From Gammaproteobacteria bacterium (GTDB lineage Bacteria > Pseudomonadota > Gammaproteobacteria > JAADJB01): a stretch of DNA of 64,000 nucleotides. The translations under genes were made by a program, and so were the position numbers. Below, one piece after another: positions 57,048-64,000 of the stretch. The notes beneath the pieces were generated by a model that saw nothing but the letters and a program-made list of their open reading frames with translations, was not told the DNA's origin and did no database searches. The stretch lies in the NCBI GenBank assembly GCA_013151035.1, contig JAADJB010000019.1, forward strand, positions 40,936 to 104,935, in the 5' to 3' direction. Each line of letters opens with the position of its first letter. Position 1 is the first letter of the stretch.

Positions 57048-58036
57048 TGCATTTTTTAGCTATCGTCCTTGTAGGTTTTTTTCTAAATCTGCTTGCCGGT
57101 GATTCCCATACAGGCAGTGAACCTAAAGTTAAAATCAATGATGAAAATAAACTTGATACGGTCAACATCGGTCGTTTGATCTGTGGTGGGCATTTGCCTT
57201 TGGCTATTGTAGAAAAAAAATTTCAGGGACATCAGCTTAAGAGATTTCAATTGCAGACCATACAAAACCATGACTGGAATGACGTGGTTGAGGATATGCA
57301 ATCCGGCAAGTTAGCAGGAACCTTTATTTTATCGCCTCTCGCCATGAATCTAATTCGAGAAGGATTCCCCGGTAAAATCGTTATGACGGCTGACCGTAAC
57401 GGCAATGGTTTTGTGTTATCCGATAAAATAAAATCAATTGAACAGTTAAAAAAACAAAAAAGAATTATTGCTGTCCCTCATATTTATTCTCAACATAATG
57501 TGTTGTTACATATATTTATGCGACAGCACGCTATACCCCAGGACAATATTATTGTCGTAGGAATGCCTCCACGCGATATGATAGGTTCACTACGCAGGGG
57601 AGAAATTGATGGGTTTATTGTCGGCGAACCGGAGGGCAATAAATCTATTGAGCTTGGTGTAGGCTGGATGGTGGCAATATCACCTGATATATGGAAAGAC
57701 CACATGGATCATGTATTGCTGGTAACGGACAGATTTATTGAAGAACGGCCACAACAGCTACAGGAACTTGTTATCCAGTTATTACATGCGGGTGCGTTTA
57801 TCGAGGCCAATCCACATGAGGCTGCAGTAATGGGGGAGGATTATACCGGGTCACCGGCATCGGTATTTGAAAGGGTGCTGACGGATCCCCCTGACTGGAT
57901 TGACTATAGTGATATGACTCCGCACAAGACAGATATTGTGGCAATGGCACAATATCTGATAACGATGGGTTTATGGGATAATGCACCTGTTAATCCCGAA
58001 CACTACCTTGACCTGCGCTTTATTAATCAGGAATAG
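57047..58036 (+). CDS. Periplasmic substrate-binding protein, NrtA/SsuA/NMT1-like
   Basis: 329 aa. Signal peptide, then GGHLPLAIVEKKF...WNDVVEDMQSGKLAGTFILSPLAMNL...NGNGFVLS pattern of NrtA-like binding proteins. Confidence 0.65.
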   Translation: MHFLAIVLVGFFLNLLAGDSHTGSEPKVKINDENKLDTVNIGRLICGGHLPLAIVEKKFQGHQLKRFQLQTIQNHDWNDVVEDMQSGKLAGTFILSPLAMNLIREGFPGKIVMTADRNGNGFVLSDKIKSIEQLKKQKRIIAVPHIYSQHNVLLHIFMRQHAIPQDNIIVVGMPPRDMIGSLRRGEIDGFIVGEPEGNKSIELGVGWMVAISPDIWKDHMDHVLLVTDRFIEERPQQLQELVIQLLHAGAFIEANPHEAAVMGEDYTGSPASVFERVLTDPPDWIDYSDMTPHKTDIVAMAQYLITMGLWDNAPVNPEHYLDLRFINQE

Positions 58037-58043
58037 AAGATAG

Positions 58044-61000
58044 ATGCAATATAAATCACCCTTAAAAAGGATATTGGTAACACTGATTCTTCTGGTGGGT
58101 GTTATGCCATCGATTACCTTACTATTCTTGTACTGGAATACTGAACACAGTTATCGTCTAGATAGTGCGCTGTCACATGAGATCCATACTAATGACATGC
58201 TGCAACAAGATCTGGAAAAAGAGATTGCGCGTTATATTACATTGCTACAAAACAAAAGTGATCCGATAGCCATATCAATTTCCAGAAAAGAAGATAATAG
58301 ATTAATTAATGCCTTGATGAAAATCATGCTGCAGCGAGAACCTGCGGTGCATGGTCTGTTACTTATATCAGACAAGGGAAAGATTATTGCTACGCATGAA
58401 CGTGGGTCGCAGCATGGCGTTCCGCTTATAACAGGGGATATGACAAGTTCCCGACAATGGCTTAAAAACCACTGGAATCTTGTATGGGATCAGGTCATCC
58501 GTTCTCCGGAATTATTGATCCCCTTGCAGGGGCGTATTTATATAGGTGCTACTGACCTTCGTGAAGGCGGCTATCGTTTTACCATTGCGGTTCCAGTAGG
58601 GGGTATTCAAAAAACAGAAGCCGTTTTACTTGCCGAGATTGAGGTGTCAAGCCTCTGGCAACGCCGTTCCCGAACCCATGTCACAGAGGGTGTAATCTCC
58701 TACCTGATTGATCAACGCGGTAATCTGCTAACAAAAATAGAGGCTGTTAATCCGGGTGAATCAATGACCCAGATAGGTATAGTGCGCCATGCACTGGCCG
58801 GTAAACCATGGCGTGTTACAGATACCTATACAGGCTTGTCAGGTGCGCCCGTATATGGTTCGGTTACCTCGATTCCCATTTTAAACTGGAATGTTATTTC
58901 AGAGATACCCGTAGTCTTTGTTACTGCACCTATTCAGGATGAATTGACTTATAGCACTATTATTTCAGCAGGATTTATTACCTTATTTATTATGCTTGGT
59001 TTTTGGTTGGTAAGACGGGTGCTAGTGCCTGTTCATCAATTAACCGTAGCAATGGATAATTTTGCCATAAACGAACGTTTTGATACACCTGTTAAAGGCT
59101 TCGTTAAAGAATTTGAGGATATGGCTTTTAGCTTTAAACGAATGGTTTCCAGCCGTTTACAAATAGAACAGGGCTTGCATGATAATAAGGACAGGATTCA
59201 GTTATTACTTGATTCTACCGGTGAGGCTATTTATGGCGTGGATATGGAAGGGTATTGCACCTTTGTTAACCGAGCCTGTCTGAGGATATTGGGTTATAAA
59301 GATCAGAAAGATCTGCTTGGAAAAAACATGCATACCCTTATACATCATACTCATTCTGATGGTGATGTTTACCCGGAACAGGAATGTCGTATTTATCAGG
59401 CCTTTCGAAAAGGTAAAAATGTACATGTCGATAATGAGGTCCTATGGCGTGCGGATGGTAACATGTTTCCAGCGGAATACTGGTCTTATCCCATTTGCAA
59501 AGATGACCAGGTCATTGGTTCTGTTATTACTTTCATTGATATCAGCGAACGTCATCAGGCCGAGCAATCAATGCAAAGACTTAACCGCTCGCTAACGGTA
59601 TTAAGTAAATGTAACGAGACCCTGGTGCGAACAACGAATGAAGAGGTTTTATTGCACAGGATTTGTCAGATTATTATCGGGGAGGCCGGGTACACACTTG
59701 CCTGGGTTGCATTTGCCCAACATGATGAGGAGAAAAGTATCCTGCCTGCAGCACAGGCAGGTGATGAACAAGGTTACCTGGAGTCCTTAAAACTCAGTTG
59801 GAGTGATAGCGAGCAGGGACAGGGGCCTACTGGTGTAGCGATTCGAACCGGTCAAGTGAGTTGTATTCACAATATTACAGGGGATGTTCGTTATGTACCC
59901 TGGCGCGATCGGGCGCTGAAACATGGATATCAGTCATCCCTTGCACTGCCACTAAAAGATAAAGAACAGACATTTGGTGCATTGAATATATATTCATCGG
60001 AAGCCAATGCTTTTAACGAGAAAGAAATTCATCTTCTTGAAGAATTGGCGGATGATCTGGCATACGGTATTGTCACTCTGCGTTCGCACAAAGAACGTCA
60101 CCATTTAAACAAGCAACTGCGACAGGCACAAAAGATGGAGGTCATCGGTCAATTGACCGGGGGTATTGCCCATGATTTCAATAATATCCTCACCTCAATC
60201 CTTGGCTTTACCAATCTTGCCCTGGAACGTTTTGTCACTGATAATCAACCTGAGCTTCGCAAATATCTTATGGAGGTTTCGCTGGCGGGTGAGCGAGCGC
60301 GTGATCTGGTCAGCCAGTTACTGGCCTTCAGTCGAACAAGTAGTGGAGAGGCGAAACCACTACAGTTGTCACCTATGGTGCATGAAGTCATCCGTCTGTT
60401 ACAGGCAACATTACCTTCAAGTATACAGGTGTGTAGTCAACTGGAGACAGACCTTCCTGCGGTGATGATGGATCCAGTACAATTACAACAGATACTGATG
60501 AACCTATGCATTAATGCCCGCGATGCGATGGGTAACAGGGGCCGTATTGATATTGAGACACGTTATAATCAAACACAATCACAAGCTGTTTGTGTCGCTT
60601 GTCATCATGACATAGAGGCTGGAAGCTATGTTGAATTATCAGTAAGTGATACAGGAACAGGCATATCTCAAGAGGTATTAAGTCGAATATTCGAACCCTT
60701 TTTCACCACCAAAGAGGTGGGTAAAGGTACCGGTATGGGGCTGTCTATGTTACATGGTATTGTTCACCAGCATAAAGGGCATATTCTTGTTGATACCAAA
60801 GCTGATTCAGGAACGACATTCAGATTGCTATTCCCCGTAACAGAAAATATTCTTTTGCATCAAGAACATTCCATAGTAGAAATAAACCCGGCTAAAAGTC
60901 TGAATCATGCCCGTATACTGATCGTTGATGATGAAGAATCGGTTGCCGGCTTTATGAGTGATCTATTTGAGAGTCGTGATGGAGATGTTACGGTGTTAAC

Positions 61001-61271
61001 AAATAGCCAGTCAGCATTAAGATTATTCAAACAAGATCCATCAGCATTTGACCTCGTGATTACCGATCAGACCATGCCGGGGTTATCCGGTGCAGAACTG
61101 GCACGCAGTTTATTGATAATAAGACCAGAATTACCTGTGATTCTATGTACCGGTTACAGCGAAAATATGGATGAAGAAAAGGCCAGGGCGTTAGGTATTA
61201 GTGGTTACATCAACAAGCCAATGAATGTGAATACATTATTAAGCATGGTTATCCAACGGCTAAAGGCTTAA
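58044..61271 (+). CDS. Hybrid sensor histidine kinase (periplasmic sensor, HAMP, PAS, GAF, HisKA, HATPase, receiver)
   Basis: 1075 aa. H-box GGIAHDFNNIL, N-box LMNLCINARDAM, G-boxes DTGTGI and GKGTGMGLS, receiver ILIVDDE...DLVITDQTMPG. Confidence 0.9.
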   Translation: MQYKSPLKRILVTLILLVGVMPSITLLFLYWNTEHSYRLDSALSHEIHTNDMLQQDLEKEIARYITLLQNKSDPIAISISRKEDNRLINALMKIMLQREPAVHGLLLISDKGKIIATHERGSQHGVPLITGDMTSSRQWLKNHWNLVWDQVIRSPELLIPLQGRIYIGATDLREGGYRFTIAVPVGGIQKTEAVLLAEIEVSSLWQRRSRTHVTEGVISYLIDQRGNLLTKIEAVNPGESMTQIGIVRHALAGKPWRVTDTYTGLSGAPVYGSVTSIPILNWNVISEIPVVFVTAPIQDELTYSTIISAGFITLFIMLGFWLVRRVLVPVHQLTVAMDNFAINERFDTPVKGFVKEFEDMAFSFKRMVSSRLQIEQGLHDNKDRIQLLLDSTGEAIYGVDMEGYCTFVNRACLRILGYKDQKDLLGKNMHTLIHHTHSDGDVYPEQECRIYQAFRKGKNVHVDNEVLWRADGNMFPAEYWSYPICKDDQVIGSVITFIDISERHQAEQSMQRLNRSLTVLSKCNETLVRTTNEEVLLHRICQIIIGEAGYTLAWVAFAQHDEEKSILPAAQAGDEQGYLESLKLSWSDSEQGQGPTGVAIRTGQVSCIHNITGDVRYVPWRDRALKHGYQSSLALPLKDKEQTFGALNIYSSEANAFNEKEIHLLEELADDLAYGIVTLRSHKERHHLNKQLRQAQKMEVIGQLTGGIAHDFNNILTSILGFTNLALERFVTDNQPELRKYLMEVSLAGERARDLVSQLLAFSRTSSGEAKPLQLSPMVHEVIRLLQATLPSSIQVCSQLETDLPAVMMDPVQLQQILMNLCINARDAMGNRGRIDIETRYNQTQSQAVCVACHHDIEAGSYVELSVSDTGTGISQEVLSRIFEPFFTTKEVGKGTGMGLSMLHGIVHQHKGHILVDTKADSGTTFRLLFPVTENILLHQEHSIVEINPAKSLNHARILIVDDEESVAGFMSDLFESRDGDVTVLTNSQSALRLFKQDPSAFDLVITDQTMPGLSGAELARSLLIIRPELPVILCTGYSENMDEEKARALGISGYINKPMNVNTLLSMVIQRLKA

Positions 61272-61326
61272 CCTCTATATGCATAGATGAATGGACTTGA
61301 CCTTTTGCTATTTAATGCTATTCTAG

Positions 61327-61348
61327 TATTCAATAGTTTTATTGAATA
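61327..61348. promoter_or_regulatory. Perfect 9-bp inverted repeat upstream of the TauE-family gene; candidate operator
   Basis: TATTCAATA-GTTT-TATTGAATA, ending 22 nt upstream of ATG 61371. Confidence 0.35.
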
Positions 61349-61370
61349 AGCTGAAGTTAAGGAAAGGTCT

Positions 61371-62147
61371 ATGTCTATTTCAATGATTATCGCAGGTCTA
61401 CTGACCGGTTTATTGCTGGGTATTTTTGGTAGCGGCGGTTCCATTATAACCATGCCTTCATTACTCTATCTGCTTGATGTGGAGCCTAAGGCAGCGATTG
61501 CCATGAGCCTGGGGATCGTAGCTGTCACGGCAACAATTAGTGCTCTGCAACACTGGCGACATGGCAATGTTGATTTCAGGATTACCGCTGTTTTTGGTCT
61601 GTTTGGTATCATAGGTACCTATGCTGGTGCTTTGGTGGGGGTTATTACTCCGGTAGTCATACAGCTCAGTGTGTTTGCTTTGGTGATGTATGTCGCTGCC
61701 TGGAGGATGCTCAAGCCTAAGCAACCGCTTGCTGCTGCCGGGATATCAGAGTTGAAGGATTGCCCTGATGGTAACTGTAACCTTCAATATGGTCATATTG
61801 CTGCACATGGTATTGGTGTTGGCATTCTAACCGGTATCGTCGGTGTCGGTGGTGGCTTCCTGATCGTACCCGCACTGGTATTGTTATCCGGGCTCTCCAT
61901 GAAGAAGGCGATAGGAACCTCACTGAGTATTGTCGCGCTCAAATCATTTGCCGGGTTTGCCGGTTATGCCGGTGCCGTTAGCATCGACTACTCAATGATG
62001 GCAATGTTTACCGCTATTGCTATTGTCGGTAGTTTGATCGGTAGCCAGGTAGGGGACAAACTACCTGCCGACCTGCTGAAAAAAGGATTCGGTCGTTTTC
62101 TGGTTCTGGTCGCCAGCTATATTTTGATCGAGAGTGTTTTGTTTTAA
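61371..62147 (+). CDS. Sulfite exporter TauE/SafE family membrane protein
   Basis: 258 aa. Multi-pass membrane protein with the duplicated GxGGG(x)I(x)P motif (GSGGSIITMP, GVGGGFLIVP). Confidence 0.85.
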   Translation: MSISMIIAGLLTGLLLGIFGSGGSIITMPSLLYLLDVEPKAAIAMSLGIVAVTATISALQHWRHGNVDFRITAVFGLFGIIGTYAGALVGVITPVVIQLSVFALVMYVAAWRMLKPKQPLAAAGISELKDCPDGNCNLQYGHIAAHGIGVGILTGIVGVGGGFLIVPALVLLSGLSMKKAIGTSLSIVALKSFAGFAGYAGAVSIDYSMMAMFTAIAIVGSLIGSQVGDKLPADLLKKGFGRFLVLVASYILIESVLF

Positions 62148-62151
62148 TAGG

Positions 62152-62173
62152 GGTAGGGTGCGTATCACGCACC
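62152..62173. repeat. Family-B REP hairpin
   Basis: GGTAGGGTGCGTATCACGCACC. Confidence 0.75.
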
Positions 62174-62191
62174 ATAGTTTTGATGCTCCGC

Positions 62192-63376
62192 TTACTTAAC
62201 AGCAGATAGAGGAGGCGGAGGCAGTAAGACATCAATTGCCACCAAGATCTCACTATTAAGACGAGCCCTCATTATACCAGAACTACTTGTAACCTCCGGT
62301 AAAATTATACCCGATGTAACATTACTCGCCCCGGTGAGTCGGCGCTGAATCATTAATCCGTCATTAGCATCAACATCCATATCGCCATCAACATCAAAGA
62401 CAATACCCGCTGTATCAATTACTTGTAAAATTTCTGTATTAGAACGAGCGCCATCAACACCAGAGCCTCCGACATTAGTTGGCAATACAATACCTGTGAT
62501 AACATCACTCGCGCCAGTAAGTCGACGTTGAATAATCAGACCATCATTGGCATCCCCATCACCATCGCCATCAACATCTAGGGGGACACATACTGCTCCT
62601 ATAGAAATCTGTATTTTTATTTGATCTGCTTTACTATCCTGAATGCCATCATTTACGATAAGACTAAAGATATAAATCCCTGCACACCGTGGCGTAAAAC
62701 GGGCTTGTGATGCCTTCGTGAAAGACAGGCTAATACTGGAACCCACTGCCGCACTGACAATATCCCAGCGGTAAGTCACAGGATCATTATAAGCATCTGA
62801 AGAAAACTGACCATCAAGCAAGATCTCTCTCCCTACAAAACCTAGCCGTGCCTCACCGGTGTCAATGTAAGCTGTTGGTCGCGTATTGGCACTCGTGGGA
62901 GGCTCAATCGTGATATACACTGTATTTATATTACCGCCATTAAGGCTATATTGAAAACTATCCAGACCCAATGCCTCGGTATCTGGACTATATACAAATA
63001 GACCTGTGGCAGAGGAAAAGCTAATAATATCACCGAGCAGTGGTGCTGTTTTTATAGAGAAACCCAATAAACCAATATCTGTATCACTGGAAAGCATCCC
63101 GATATAGTTATTATCTTGAGGTACTATAATAGTGGAACCATTTGAGACTGGCTTATCAGTCATTACAACCACAGCAGTAGGGGGTGGAGGGAACATGTTG
63201 AGTACTGGTCTAGTAGCAATAATAGTGACACCAGTGACGGCTGCATTAAAGTTAGCAGTGTTTCCAATACTGCTCGTTTCTTTATCAGGATAAAGATCGG
63301 GTTCTAATGTTTCATTGGCAAATAAAGAGACGGGCTTCAATAATAGAAACAGTAATATAATCAAGCATCTTTCCAT
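62192..63376 (-). CDS. Secreted protein with Ig/PKD-like domains and two dockerin/EF-hand-like Ca-binding repeats
   Basis: 394 aa. Signal peptide. PKD-like LDGQFSSDAYNDPVTYRWDIV...IFSLIVNDG. Duplicated DVDGDGDGDANDGLIIQRRLTGASDV and DVDGDMDVDANDGLMIQRRLTGASNV. Confidence 0.65.
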   Translation of the reverse strand: MERCLIILLFLLLKPVSLFANETLEPDLYPDKETSSIGNTANFNAAVTGVTIIATRPVLNMFPPPPTAVVVMTDKPVSNGSTIIVPQDNNYIGMLSSDTDIGLLGFSIKTAPLLGDIISFSSATGLFVYSPDTEALGLDSFQYSLNGGNINTVYITIEPPTSANTRPTAYIDTGEARLGFVGREILLDGQFSSDAYNDPVTYRWDIVSAAVGSSISLSFTKASQARFTPRCAGIYIFSLIVNDGIQDSKADQIKIQISIGAVCVPLDVDGDGDGDANDGLIIQRRLTGASDVITGIVLPTNVGGSGVDGARSNTEILQVIDTAGIVFDVDGDMDVDANDGLMIQRRLTGASNVTSGIILPEVTSSSGIMRARLNSEILVAIDVLLPPPPLSAVK

Positions 63377-63514
63377 TTCAGCATCTCCCTATATCCGAGT
63401 GCATCTAGGCACACCACTCTATTATTCTGATTTTTGAACCCAATGATCGTGCAAGTGTAATAGAATAAAAGAGGGAGTACAACAACTGGAGACAGAGCTC
63501 TGACCCCTTGAAAT

Positions 63515-64000
63515 TTATTTGGGGATCTTATTCAACACCCAATCAAGCCAACGCGTACTCAATACACGCCTTAAAACCATAAACAGGTAACTGGGGAAGG
63601 TGACATAATAACGTGCCTTGGGTCGTTTGCTCTCCAGCGCATGAACCAGTTTTTTTGTGACTGCATCAGGATCCAGGGTGAAGGGTGCAGCGGGGCCTTG
63701 TTTGGTCAGACGTTGCTCCATAGCAAGATAGGCTTCACGATGAGGGCTGGCATCACGATTAATATGTTGTTGATACATCTGCCAGGCGTTGGCGCGGAAA
63801 CGACTATTAATCGGACCAGGGGCAATCAGTGATACCTGAATATTCGCTGCCGCCAGTTCCAGTCGCAGGGTGTCGGACAGTCCTTCCAGCGCATGCTTGC
63901 TGGCATTGTAGGCACCGCGATAGGGTAGGCTAACAAAGCCAAGGAGTGAACTATTTTGTATGATGCGTCCATAGCCCTGCTGTCGCATCACCGGAATAAT
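63515..64000 (-). CDS. Short-chain dehydrogenase/reductase (SDR), N-terminal part outside the window
   Basis: GRIIQNSSLLGF...YNASKHALEGLSD (catalytic YxxxK)...IAPGPI. The frame stays open to the window end (IIPVMRQQG...). Confidence 0.85.
   Translation of the reverse strand: MIPVMRQQGYGRIIQNSSLLGFVSLPYRGAYNASKHALEGLSDTLRLELAAANIQVSLIAPGPINSRFRANAWQMYQQHINRDASPHREAYLAMEQRLTKQGPAAPFTLDPDAVTKKLVHALESKRPKARYYVTFPSYLFMVLRRVLSTRWLDWVLNKIPK

Noticed and set aside
1-64000. Search for tRNA, rRNA, integrase, transposase or att sites that would delimit the accessory regions as classical genomic islands
   Set aside because: I found none by reading the intergenic regions and the ORF track. Island boundaries are therefore inferred only from gene content, repeats and gene-end stubs. 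A tRNAscan/Infernal run would be needed to exclude small RNAs.

Overview
64-kb chromosomal segment with gammaproteobacterial-type synteny (prfB-lysS, sdhCDAB-sdhE-ygfX next to ygfZ, rluE, nagZ, hpt). The organism cannot be named from the sequence alone. Housekeeping blocks include a two-subunit pyruvate carboxylase, the SDH operon, RF2/LysRS, c-di-GMP enzymes, a hybrid histidine kinase and MscS/TauE transporters. They are interrupted by accessory zones. (i) About 3.8-21.3 kb: an MCP/OMP insertion flanked by a duplicated pycA 5' end, then MazEF, an SNF2 helicase + SWIM/HTH pair, a complete Wadjet jetABCD operon, VapBC, decayed gene remnants, and an RHH + membrane-anchored AlbA_2 (Schlafen-like) pair. 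(ii) 22.2-27.2 kb: a radical-SAM/Cys-rich + methyltransferase + two transferases cluster of unknown product. (iii) 27.3-36.9 kb: a type I R-M operon whose hsdS-hsdR gap holds four passenger genes (340-aa unknown + Doc, Fic-HTH, truncated RhuM), with cassette junctions marked by stubs of the hsdR start. (iv) 53.6-56.3 kb: an A/T-rich islet with a Lys-rich Mrr-type endonuclease and ParDE, where parE is broken in an A8 run. Intergenic DNA carries at least four repeat families: a ~100-bp MITE-like palindromic element, three REP-like hairpin families, and a 3 x 143-bp composite REP array. I saw no rRNA, tRNA, CRISPR array, integrase or transposase. The best candidates for uncharacterised biology are the SNF2 + SWIM-HTH pair beside Wadjet, the passenger cassettes inside the type I R-M operon, the membrane-anchored AlbA_2 protein and the Lys-rich Mrr-like protein. 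All functional calls rest on motif recognition by eye and need HMM/BLAST confirmation.
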